Part shown: positions 16,881 through 24,591 of the stretch, in pieces
Layout: the number at the start of each line of letters is the position of its first letter
How positions within the stretch are numbered: the stretch's first letter is position 1
Origin: Verrucomicrobiota bacterium
Lineage (GTDB): Bacteria > Verrucomicrobiota > Verrucomicrobiia > Chthoniobacterales > UBA6821
Direction of reading: 5' to 3'
Assembly: GCA_008932965.1 (NCBI GenBank)
Contig: WBXG01000025.1
Coordinates: forward strand, 1-24,591
DNA length: 24,591 nucleotides
The notes under the pieces: generated by a model
Seen by the model: the letters and a program-made list of their open reading frames with translations, nothing else
What the model was told of the DNA's origin: nothing
Databases searched by the model: none
Program-made: the position numbers and the translations under genes

Positions 16881-16894
16881 ATTATCCGGGTTAA
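16879..16894. repeat. Solo right-end fragment of the repeat family (aaattatccgggttaa) abutting the ptsI stop codon.
   Basis: The ccgggttaa terminus is identical to the right end plus flank of the 22374..22434 copy, and aaat(t)atccgggtt matches the family terminus. The match is short, so support is weak. Confidence 0.35.
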
Positions 16895-16937
16895 GAAATT
16901 ATTTGTAACGTTTTTTGAGTTGGGCTAAAGTAACTAG

Positions 16938-17126
16938 ATGACTACAAAACGAACTTTTGATCAGAATATTACACGCTTCACACTGTGCCGTGCCTGTGCA
17001 AATTGCCCTGTCATAGAAATTCATCATGAATCTAATCAAGTTGTTATTACAGATGACTTTGGAGGCAAGGTCACCTTGACCACTGAGGAGTGGAAGCAGG
17101 CTGTAGCCGATGTGCAGTTTTCATAA
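16938..17126 (+). CDS. Small hypothetical protein with a C-x2-C-x2-C motif (possibly DUF397-like).
   Basis: 62-aa ATG-initiated ORF in an otherwise empty gap, co-oriented with its neighbours, with balanced composition. CRACANCPVIEI ... VVITDDFGGKVTLTTEEW resembles, from memory, the C-V-E-V ... V-R-D ... L-x-F-T-x-x-E-W layout of DUF397 proteins. No clear Shine-Dalgarno sequence. Confidence 0.45.
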   Translation: MTTKRTFDQNITRFTLCRACANCPVIEIHHESNQVVITDDFGGKVTLTTEEWKQAVADVQFS

Positions 17127-17394
17127 GAAATTTTCTCCGCCTTCCACCCAAAGAACGACTTGAACTTCATTTTTTAAGTAGCACTTCCAATACTTAGAAA
17201 TTAATGGAAGCAGCTCGGCAGCTGTTCGAAGAGGCAAGAGCGGCACCCCATGGCACTTTAGTGTGAAATATCCAGCGCCTAATAAACTGTACTTCATTGA
17301 TCGAATAAAAGTTCCTTTTTTATAAAAATGGTGGTCTTCAATTGCATTTCACAAAAACTGGGCTAACTTTAGCCACTTTTTTACTAAACTGGAA

Positions 17395-18492
17395 ATGTAC
17401 TTTATTCGATTTTCTCTATCCTTATTACTTTTTTTATTTGTTTCTAGAGTAATTTTTGGGATGCCACCAAATCGTGTGGAGGTTCAAGGGAGACAACTGC
17501 TGGTCAATGGAGTTCCCTTCATGATGAAAGGAGTCTGCTACCACCCTGTTCGTAAAGGAGAGACTGTTCCTGATGGGTTGATGACTTTAAATCCAACAGA
17601 GGAGGACCTTTTGGTTATCGAAAATGATTTTAGAATGATCCGCGATGCAGGTTTTAATACAATTAGAACCTATGAGCCTATTACACATCCCAAAATATTA
17701 GAACTTCTCAACGACTATCAACTCAAAGTTATCGTTCCAGTCTGTCTTGCGTGGGAAAAATATCAAAATTTAGCGAGTATTGAAGATCTTATTAAAATAC
17801 TTCAAAAAGAACCTTCAACACTCTTTTGGGAAATAGGAAATGAATGGAATTTTAACCATTTTTACACTGATTTCATCGGGGCTGGTAGCGATTCACAAAA
17901 GTTGAAAGCGGAAGATTGTGATGAAATAATTAAAAATATTTCTCGATTAATTAGAAAAGGGGATCTCTATAAACACCCCATCGGCACAGATATTATGCTC
18001 TTAGATAATGCAATGAAGACTATTTATCCAGGAATCACTCCCACTATCGATAGTTACATAGATCTCTATGGGGTCAACGTCTACGATGGAACAACTTTCG
18101 GAAAACGTTTTCATCAATGGGAGAGTATGTCCAAAAAACCATTCTATTTAGGAGAGTTTGGTGCCGTTGCTTACAATGAAAATACACAACATGAAGATCC
18201 AGATGATCAGGATCATGCTAACCTTCTCCTCTTTACTGAAATACTTGAGAATGTATCGGCAAAAAATCCAGAGCATATTTTAATAGGGGGATGTCTTTTT
18301 GAATTTTGCGATGAATGGTGGAAGGGGGGTAATCCAGATCCATCTACCCACAGACATGGAGGGATCACTGTGGATCATGGACCCTTTCCATCAAACTGTT
18401 TTGATGATGAGTATTTTGGTCTCGTTGAAATCGATCGTACTCCAAGGCCAACATATTTTTCACTTAAGAGGCTGTTGGAGCATCAGAATTAA
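17395..18492 (+). CDS. Secreted glycoside hydrolase with a clan GH-A (beta/alpha)8 barrel (GH5/GH17/GH2-TIM-like; specificity unknown).
   Basis: 365 aa. Signal-like N-terminus MYFIRFSLSLLLFLFVSRVIFG. Motifs: LLVNGVPFMMKGVCYHP, WEIGNEWN (the NE acid/base motif), FYLGEFGA (candidate nucleophile Glu) and FEFCDEWWKGG...EYFGLVEIDRTPRPTY (a GH17/GH5-like C-terminal signature). Confidence 0.7.
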   Translation: MYFIRFSLSLLLFLFVSRVIFGMPPNRVEVQGRQLLVNGVPFMMKGVCYHPVRKGETVPDGLMTLNPTEEDLLVIENDFRMIRDAGFNTIRTYEPITHPKILELLNDYQLKVIVPVCLAWEKYQNLASIEDLIKILQKEPSTLFWEIGNEWNFNHFYTDFIGAGSDSQKLKAEDCDEIIKNISRLIRKGDLYKHPIGTDIMLLDNAMKTIYPGITPTIDSYIDLYGVNVYDGTTFGKRFHQWESMSKKPFYLGEFGAVAYNENTQHEDPDDQDHANLLLFTEILENVSAKNPEHILIGGCLFEFCDEWWKGGNPDPSTHRHGGITVDHGPFPSNCFDDEYFGLVEIDRTPRPTYFSLKRLLEHQN

Positions 18493-18552
18493 CCCGGATA
18501 TTTCATACTGATCGTGACGAGGAAGCCGCGATCACTATGAAATATGCGGGCT
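18491..18552. repeat. 62-bp mini-copy of the palindromic repeat family (a long hairpin).
   Basis: Sequence: aacccggatatttcatactgatcgtgacgaggaagccgcgatcactatgaaatatgcgggct. The 17-nt arms pair at 15/17 positions, and the inner TGATCG/CGATCA adds 6 bp. About 75% identical to 22374..22434. It overlaps the last 2 nt of the glycosidase stop codon. Confidence 0.85.
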
Positions 18553-18591
18553 CGCCATGAGTGAAAGGTCGGTTTATAGTCATCTCCTTTT

Positions 18592-21243
18592 ATGTTTGAA
18601 AATAGCATTTCTACCACCTATTGCCCGACGGAGGTCGAACCCCATTGGTACCGTCATTGGATCGAGACGAACTGTTTTCATGCCGATGAAACATCCTCAG
18701 CACCTGCCTACTCGATTGTCATTCCTCCTCCTAATGTCACCGGTTTTTTAACCTTGGGACATGTCCTCAATAATACCATTCAAGATATCTTAGCAAGGCG
18801 TGCTCGGCAGACCGGACATGAAGTCCTTTGGCTTCCAGGGACCGATCATGCTGGCATTGCGACCCAGGCAGTTGTGGAACGCCAACTTAAAAAAGAAGAG
18901 AAAAAAACGCGCCACGATCTCGGAAGAGCCGCTTTTTTAGAGCGTGTCTGGGAATGGAAGCAAAAGCATGGAGGAATTATTATTGAACAATTGAAGCGTC
19001 TTGGCTGTTCGTGTGATTGGGGCCGTGAACGCTTTACTATGGATGAAGCTTATGGAAAAAAAGTGCAGGAAACTTTTGTCGATCTTTATAACAAAGGGTT
19101 GATTTACCGAGGTAAACGAATGGTTCATTGGTGCCCTGTATCGCTCACGGCACTCAGTGATGAGGAGGTAATCCCTAAAAAACAAAAAAGCCTTCTTTAT
19201 TATTTTAAATTGGAAATTGTTGAAGAGTCAGGCACATGGTTGGAAATAGCCACCACTCGTCCTGAGACGATCATGGGAGATGTGGCTCTTGCAGTAAATC
19301 CCAATGACCCACGTTACAAGCGCTTTATTGGCATGCATGTTCGGCGTCCCCTGCCTGCGGAATCAGAACTACTTTTACCGATCATTGGTGATACTTGTGT
19401 CGACATGCAATTTGGAACGGGAGTGCTCAAAATCACCCCAGCTCATGATCTCCTCGATTATGAAATAGGAACACGCCACAACCTTCCGATCATCGATATC
19501 ATGAATCCCGATGGAACCCTCAATACTCTTGCAGGTTCCTCCTTTGCTGGGATGGATCGTTTTGAAGCCCGTATCAAAGCTGCTCAATCTCTTCGCGAAC
19601 TCGGTTTACTTGTCAAAGAAGAGGTTCATGAAAACAATGTCGGTTTTAGCGAGCGTGCTGACGTCCCTATTGAGCCTCGGCTGAGCGAACAATGGTTTTT
19701 AAAGTACCCTAAAACAAAAGAAGCACAGATGGCAGTGCAAAAAAAATTAACCCGTTTTTTTCCTGAGCGTTGGGAAAAGGTCTACGATCATTGGCTCGAG
19801 CATATCCAGGATTGGTGCATTAGCCGCCAATTGTGGTGGGGACATCAGATTCCAGCATGGTATTCGGCTCATCATGGTGAAATCAAGGTACAGATGGAAT
19901 CCCCAGGTCCTGAGTGGACCCAAGATCCCGATGTCCTTGACACATGGTTTTCATCATGGCTTTGGGCTCATGAAACCATGGATGTGGCAACACTCAAAAA
20001 ATTTTACCCTACCTCCGTTCTTGTCACAGGGCCTGATATTATTTTCTTTTGGGTCGCTCGTATGATGATGGCGAGCTTGGAGTATACTGGAAAGCTTCCC
20101 TTCCGTGATGTCTATTTTACTGGAATTATCCGTGATAAAAGTGGACGTAAAATGTCCAAGAGTCTTGGGAATTCTCCTGATCCACTCGACCTCATAGCAA
20201 AATATGGAGCTGATGCACTTCGCTTTGGAATCATGCGCATGGCTCCTCATGGACAGGATGTGCGCTTTGAGGAAAAGATTGTTGAAGAGGGTCGTAACTT
20301 CGCTAACAAACTTTGGAATGCTGCTCGATTCCGCCAAATGCACGGAATCTGTAACGCTCATCCTGAGCTCTCTTCTCACGAGCTTCCTGATATTGCTATC
20401 ACTCTGCTTTATCAATTTGACAGGATGCATCACAAGCTTCTTGAAGCCTACCAAGAATATCGTTTTCAAGAAATGACGCTGCTTCTCTATCATTTTTTCT
20501 GGAATGATTATTGCGATTGGTTTGTGGAGGCTGCAAAGCCGACTCTTTATAATGGATCACCAAAAGCAAAAGAGACTCTTTTAGCGGTTATCGATTATGT
20601 CTTCTCGGGTTTTTTGCGTTTGCTCCATCCTTTCATGCCCTACATCACAGAAGAAATTTGGAAACGCCTTGAATTTGAAGCCCCTTCCTCACATCGAGAT
20701 CGCCCCCCTCTTCTCCTCTACATTCAACCCCCGGGAAAGCATTCTCTTTCTCATTTGAGTAAAGAAAGAATTCTTGAAGCCACAGAGAGGACAGAGGCTC
20801 TTTATGGGGCCATTCGAGCAGCAAGGAATTTACGTGCTGAATTGAAAATCAACCCTAAACAAGCAATCCCTTTTCTCCTTGCACCAAAACAGGAGACGAA
20901 ATTGTGGAGCGACAGTGAGGTTTCCATTTTTTCCTCATTGGCCCGAGCCACAGAAGTTACTATCCTCACGGAGAATCCCCCCAAGGAAAGTGCTTCCGTT
21001 TTGACAGAGTGCGGAACGATCACTATACCTCTGGAGGGTCTTATTGATATTGAAGCCGAGCAAAAACGCCTTCACCAAGAAATCCAAACAGTAGAAAGCG
21101 AGCTCATCAAGGTGCGATCTAAGTTAACCAACCCTGACTTTGTTGCAAAAGTTCCTACGGCTGTTCTAGGGGAACATCAACAACGCGAGGAGCGATGGAT
21201 GGAGCGGCTTACCCTGCTTCAAGGAATGTTAGAAAATAGGTAG
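18592..21243 (+). CDS. valS: Valine--tRNA ligase.
   Basis: 883 aa. Motifs: PPPNVTGFLTLGHV (HIGH-type), a CP1 editing-domain-length insertion, KMSKSLGN, and a C-terminal coiled coil (EAEQKRLHQEIQTVESELIKVRSKL). Confidence 0.95.
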   Translation: MFENSISTTYCPTEVEPHWYRHWIETNCFHADETSSAPAYSIVIPPPNVTGFLTLGHVLNNTIQDILARRARQTGHEVLWLPGTDHAGIATQAVVERQLKKEEKKTRHDLGRAAFLERVWEWKQKHGGIIIEQLKRLGCSCDWGRERFTMDEAYGKKVQETFVDLYNKGLIYRGKRMVHWCPVSLTALSDEEVIPKKQKSLLYYFKLEIVEESGTWLEIATTRPETIMGDVALAVNPNDPRYKRFIGMHVRRPLPAESELLLPIIGDTCVDMQFGTGVLKITPAHDLLDYEIGTRHNLPIIDIMNPDGTLNTLAGSSFAGMDRFEARIKAAQSLRELGLLVKEEVHENNVGFSERADVPIEPRLSEQWFLKYPKTKEAQMAVQKKLTRFFPERWEKVYDHWLEHIQDWCISRQLWWGHQIPAWYSAHHGEIKVQMESPGPEWTQDPDVLDTWFSSWLWAHETMDVATLKKFYPTSVLVTGPDIIFFWVARMMMASLEYTGKLPFRDVYFTGIIRDKSGRKMSKSLGNSPDPLDLIAKYGADALRFGIMRMAPHGQDVRFEEKIVEEGRNFANKLWNAARFRQMHGICNAHPELSSHELPDIAITLLYQFDRMHHKLLEAYQEYRFQEMTLLLYHFFWNDYCDWFVEAAKPTLYNGSPKAKETLLAVIDYVFSGFLRLLHPFMPYITEEIWKRLEFEAPSSHRDRPPLLLYIQPPGKHSLSHLSKERILEATERTEALYGAIRAARNLRAELKINPKQAIPFLLAPKQETKLWSDSEVSIFSSLARATEVTILTENPPKESASVLTECGTITIPLEGLIDIEAEQKRLHQEIQTVESELIKVRSKLTNPDFVAKVPTAVLGEHQQREERWMERLTLLQGMLENR

Positions 21244-21278
21244 CATACAAAGATTTTTTGATAGAACAACAAGCCAAC

Positions 21279-22301
21279 ATGAACTGTAAATCAATAACAA
21301 CGGGTAGTACCCATGAGTTGGATGGAACCCTTTTCTGCCAGGCCTACCGTTATATGCTTACGGCGCGCTTATTGGAGGAAAAGCTAGCGGCACTCAAACG
21401 CTCTGGGAAAATTGTGGGTGGTGTTTTTCTAGGTCGTGGTCAAGAGGCACTGAGCGTGGCGCTAGGAATTCATCTTCGTAAGGGAGATGTTTATGCACCC
21501 CTCATTCGAGACCAAGCAGGTCGTCTTGCCTTCGGGGAAGGAATGCTAGATGCCCTTCGCACTTATCTTGGATCAGCCCTAGGATCGATGCGTGGACGCG
21601 ATGGAAATATTCATCGTGGTCGTCCTCGAGAAGGATATTTTGCAATGATCAGTCATCTTGGTGCCATGGTCTCTGCCGTGAGTGGGGCCTTGATTGCACG
21701 ACGTTTTCGTGGTGAAACAGGCATAGTTGGCGCCACCTGTATTGGAGATGGAGGGACATCTACAGGAAGTTTTCATGAAGGACTCAATTTAGCAGCTATT
21801 GAAAAACTCCCCCTTGTGGTGGTAGTTGCCAATAACCAATATGCTTACTCTACCCCTAACAGCCGTCAGTTTGCATGCGACAATCTTGTCGATCGTGCTA
21901 TTGGCTACGGTATCACAGGTCATCGTGTCATTGGCAATGACCTTGCTAATTGTCTTGAGGTCCTCCAAAAAGCAGTAGCTGCTGCACGTGCTGGTGCCGG
22001 GCCACAGCTAGTTGTTGCTGATCTCTTGCGTCTTATTGGTCATGCCGACCATGATGATGCTAGCTACATTACGGAGGCACAAAAGCAATCACCGCTCGGG
22101 CGAGATTGTATGATCGTAGCTCAACAATTCTTATTAGAAAAAAATTGGATGTCCCAAGCGGAACTCGATTCATGGCAAAAAGAGATCGAAGTAGAAATTG
22201 AAGCAACAACCACCCGTGTCTTGCGTGAGCCAGCTCCTGATCCTCAAGAGGAATCGTGGATTCCTTTTGCCACAAGTCATCTTCACTCTGAGTCACTCTA
22301 G
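21279..22301 (+). CDS. 2-oxoacid (pyruvate/branched-chain/acetoin-type) dehydrogenase E1 component, alpha subunit.
   Basis: TPP-binding motif GDGGTSTGSFHEGLNLAAIEKLPLVVVVANNQYAYSTP. The start is taken at the first ATG (MNCKS...); the ORF track uses the TTG at 21258. Substrate is not assignable from sequence. Confidence 0.88.
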   Translation: MNCKSITTGSTHELDGTLFCQAYRYMLTARLLEEKLAALKRSGKIVGGVFLGRGQEALSVALGIHLRKGDVYAPLIRDQAGRLAFGEGMLDALRTYLGSALGSMRGRDGNIHRGRPREGYFAMISHLGAMVSAVSGALIARRFRGETGIVGATCIGDGGTSTGSFHEGLNLAAIEKLPLVVVVANNQYAYSTPNSRQFACDNLVDRAIGYGITGHRVIGNDLANCLEVLQKAVAAARAGAGPQLVVADLLRLIGHADHDDASYITEAQKQSPLGRDCMIVAQQFLLEKNWMSQAELDSWQKEIEVEIEATTTRVLREPAPDPQEESWIPFATSHLHSESL

Positions 22302-22307
22302 CTCGGA

Positions 22308-22363
22308 TCACTATTCGAGACCAATGCAGTAACAATGAGCTTTCCACAAGCCGTAATAGATTT
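22308..22363. repeat. Degenerate arm of the repeat family (paralogue of 5509..5564), directly followed by a mini-copy.
   Basis: See the alignment given for 5509..5564. ttcgagaccaatgcag...ctttccacaagccgtaa also parallels ttcgagttccacgcag...ctttccagcttccgcag at 23441. Confidence 0.6.
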
Positions 22364-22373
22364 ATAGTGTATT

Positions 22374-22434
22374 AATCCGCATAATTCATGCTCATCGACT
22401 GCGGAGGCCGCGATCAGCATGGAATATCCGGGTT
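22374..22434. repeat. 61-bp mini-copy of the palindromic repeat family, flanked by TT..AA.
   Basis: Sequence: aatccgcataattcatgctcatcgactgcggaggccgcgatcagcatggaatatccgggtt. It aligns end to end with the 18491 copy. The right terminus is 15/17 identical to that of the 249-bp copy. Confidence 0.8.
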
Positions 22435-22466
22435 AAGTATTCGGGTTCCACCACTTCACTTTTTTC

Positions 22467-23435
22467 ATGACCAGCATCACCTACCTCGAAGCCATTCGTG
22501 CAGCCCAGGCACGAGCCTTAGAAGAAGACTCCCGGGTTTTTATCTATGGACAAGATGTCGGTTCTTTTGGAGGAGCTTTTAAAGCTACAAAAAATCTTGC
22601 TAAGGAATTTCCAGGACGTGTCATGGATTCCCCCATTAGCGAGGATGCTATGATAGGAATGGCCATTGGTGCTGCAATTGAAGGGATGCGACCCATTATT
22701 GAAATGCAATTTGCAGATTTCTCCACATGTGGCTTGAATCAAATTGTGAATCACGCAGCTACCTTATTTTATCGAACAGAGGTTCCATGTCCTCTCGTGG
22801 TACGACTTCCCTGTGGGGGAACTTCTGGTGGTGGCCCCTTTCATAGTCAAAGCCTAGAGGCTATCTACGCTCATTTTCCTGGGCTTGTGGTGATGACTCC
22901 AGGCACCGTGGAAGATGCCTACACGATGCTCCTGGAGGCAATCAATATTGATGATCCAGTAATTTTTTGTGAGCATAAATTTCTTTATTATCATCTTAAA
23001 GCTGAGGCCCTACCCACCATGGCACTTCCCTCTAACAAGGCCCGTGTGACACGGCCTGGTCGTGATGCCACTGTCGTCACCTACAGTGCCATGCTCCATG
23101 AATCATTAGCAGCTGCAGCAGAGCTAGCTCACGATGGATATGAAATTGAAGTCGTTGATCTTCGATCTGTAAAACCGCTTGATACCGACACGATCTTAGC
23201 TTCTGTGGCACGAACAGGGCGTCTCTTAGTGGTAAGTGAAGCATTTCCTTGGGGTGGTGTTACCGCAGAGGTGATCGCCCGTGTTACCGCAGAAGGCTTT
23301 GGCCTCTTGGATGCTCCTCCCCAACGCCTTAATGCCAGAGACACACCGGTTCCCTATCATCCTGCACTTTGGGGAACACATCGTCCAACAGCCTCTACTA
23401 TTGCTTCTGCCCTGCATCGCTTACTCAAGCTCTAG
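22467..23435 (+). CDS. 2-oxoacid dehydrogenase E1 component, beta subunit.
   Basis: 322 aa. Motifs: ITYLEAIRAAQARALEED, VFIYGQDVGSFGGAFKATKNL, RVMDSPISEDAMIGMAIGAA. Transketolase-like pyrimidine-binding plus C-terminal domains. Confidence 0.93.
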   Translation: MTSITYLEAIRAAQARALEEDSRVFIYGQDVGSFGGAFKATKNLAKEFPGRVMDSPISEDAMIGMAIGAAIEGMRPIIEMQFADFSTCGLNQIVNHAATLFYRTEVPCPLVVRLPCGGTSGGGPFHSQSLEAIYAHFPGLVVMTPGTVEDAYTMLLEAINIDDPVIFCEHKFLYYHLKAEALPTMALPSNKARVTRPGRDATVVTYSAMLHESLAAAAELAHDGYEIEVVDLRSVKPLDTDTILASVARTGRLLVVSEAFPWGGVTAEVIARVTAEGFGLLDAPPQRLNARDTPVPYHPALWGTHRPTASTIASALHRLLKL

Positions 23436-23440
23436 TAAAC

Positions 23441-23509
23441 TTCGAGTTCCACGCAGCATCTATTTGACTTTCCAGCTTCCGCAGGTGATTGGTATGAAAT
23501 ATTTGGATT
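23441..23509. repeat. Right-arm copy of the repeat family in the E1-beta/E2 spacer.
   Basis: ttcgagttccacgcagcatctatttgactttccagcttccgcaggtgattggtatgaaatatttggatt aligns with 14918..14987 (gtcgaacttgggcgcagtatccatctgacttcccggcttccgtaggtggttgggatgaaatatccgggtt). Confidence 0.7.
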
Positions 23510-23588
23510 CATTATTTTTGCCGCTTCAGTCCGACCTCGACTTTCATCTCTGATTGTCTATCTTCAAACTTTTACCCTTTCCACTTTC

Positions 23589-24591
23589 ATGCCTCAAATT
23601 CCTATTATCATGCCTCAACTCGGTGAATCTATTGCCGAGGCAACCATTGTCAGCGTTGCTTTTCCCGTAGGAGCCCGTGTGGAGATTGACACTGATGTTT
23701 TTGAGGTAGAAACAAATAAAGCAATCATGAGTGTTACCGTCCCCTGTGCCGGTCTCATTCAAGAGATTACGGCAATTGTTGGCGAGAGCTATCCAGTAGG
23801 AGCAACACTGGGATTTCTAGAAATTAGTGATGAAGATGCAAAGCGTCTTGGGGTTGATGATGCTCCTAAGCCACCCCTAGAAAAAACCGCTCTCCAGAAA
23901 AAACCGGTAACACAAAAAGAGACCTCTTGGAAATCATCTGTAGAGCCCACATTACGCGGACTCCCTGTTCCTGCACATGCCGAAGGAGCAAGCTTTCTCT
24001 CGCCACGTATGAAAGCCCGTATGACCGAACTTGGCCTTCATTCTGCTGACCTTGCGGGAGTTGCTGGAAGTGGGGCTAATGGAAGAGTTACTATTGAGGA
24101 TTTGGAGGCCTTTTTAGAAGATCTCGAGCGTAATAAAATTACCCCTGCCTCCTCCATGCGTGTTGCTGTTGCCGATGCCATGAGACGCAGCTGGACACGT
24201 CCACTTGCAACAGTGGTTCTTCCGATTCAATGTGATGTCATGCTCACCCATCGCAAAGGTCAGCCATTGAAGGCTGGGCCTGCTCTTTATGCTTTGCGTG
24301 CTCTTGCAATTGCACTTGGAGAAAATTCCGCGATCGCAGGCCGGCTTGTGGGAGCTCGTATTATTCACCCTAGGTCCATTGACATTGGATTTGCCGTGGA
24401 AGCTGCCGATGGAGTACTTGTTCCGGTAATTCGAAATGCTGATCAGTACCGTCTTGTAGAGCTTGTAGAACGTTATAATCGTCTCGTAGAACTTGCCCGT
24501 GCACGCCGTCTATCAGCCAGGGATACGGGAGGATCGATTGCCACTATCACTAATTACGGTGTCTTTGGCTTGACCATGGCTACTCCAATTC
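23589..24591 (+). CDS. 2-oxoacid dehydrogenase E2 component (dihydrolipoyl acyltransferase); the 3' end lies beyond the window.
   Basis: Absent from the ORF track because no stop is in the window. My translation starts at ATG 23589: MPQIPIIMPQLGESIAEATIV...VFEVETNKAIMSV (lipoyl domain with the lipoyl Lys), an Ala/Pro/Lys linker, SPRMKARMTELGLHSADLAGVAGSGANGRVTIEDL (E3/E1-binding domain), then the start of the catalytic domain (...IATITNYGVFG). Confidence 0.9.
   Translation, partial: MPQIPIIMPQLGESIAEATIVSVAFPVGARVEIDTDVFEVETNKAIMSVTVPCAGLIQEITAIVGESYPVGATLGFLEISDEDAKRLGVDDAPKPPLEKTALQKKPVTQKETSWKSSVEPTLRGLPVPAHAEGASFLSPRMKARMTELGLHSADLAGVAGSGANGRVTIEDLEAFLEDLERNKITPASSMRVAVADAMRRSWTRPLATVVLPIQCDVMLTHRKGQPLKAGPALYALRALAIALGENSAIAGRLVGARIIHPRSIDIGFAVEAADGVLVPVIRNADQYRLVELVERYNRLVELARARRLSARDTGGSIATITNYGVFGLTMATPI

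Noticed and set aside
19954-20493. 179-aa minus-strand ORF inside valS (with similar shadow ORFs inside prs, cysS, ptsI and the E1 genes).
   Set aside because: It is antisense to a strongly supported, motif-bearing housekeeping CDS and has no independent support.
23703-23720. E2 lipoyl-lysine context ETNKA instead of the usual ETDKA.
   Set aside because: This is a conservative Asp-to-Asn change next to the lipoyl Lys. The rest of the lipoyl domain looks normal, so there is no basis for calling the domain inactive.

Overview
This is a 24.6-kb bacterial chromosomal window. Hand counts of three 180-nt coding samples gave about 41-46% GC. Content is mostly housekeeping.

Thirteen CDS lie on the minus strand (1..14714):
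- a brnQ 5' fragment
- an FGE/SUMF1-domain protein
- rplY/ctc
- prs
- a Pro/Ser/Thr-rich exported protein
- cysS
- ispF
- an IMPase-family protein
- a Lys/Ala-rich histone-H1-like protein
- coaC
- gmk
- yicC
- a 1200-aa TamB/AsmA-like protein

They diverge from seven CDS on the plus strand (15072..24591):
- ptsI
- a 62-aa Cys-motif protein
- a clan GH-A glycosidase
- valS
- 2-oxoacid dehydrogenase E1-alpha, E1-beta and E2 (E2 truncated by the right edge)

I found no rRNA, tRNA, CRISPR array, transposase, integrase, or recognisable defence or toxin cassette. I also found no convincing novel multi-gene protein system.

The most unusual content is non-coding. One dispersed palindromic repeat family, with termini (TT)AACCCGGATATTTCAT ... 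ATGAAATATCCGGGTT(AA), occupies at least eight intergenic sites:
- a 249-bp GC-rich, strongly self-complementary copy between the TamB-like gene and ptsI
- two roughly 62-bp hairpin mini-copies
- several degenerate arms, including both spacers of the dehydrogenase operon

Secondary points of interest:
- an FGE-domain protein with four perfect in-frame 21-bp repeats and an uncharacterised hydrophobic C-terminal domain
- a cluster of short hairpins in a 600-bp non-coding gap
- a KAKAP-repeat histone-like gene near ispF
- a stand-alone coaC
- an orphan ptsI

Taxonomy cannot be assigned from the sequence alone. The gene content is compatible with a PVC-group or similar lineage, but that is a guess.
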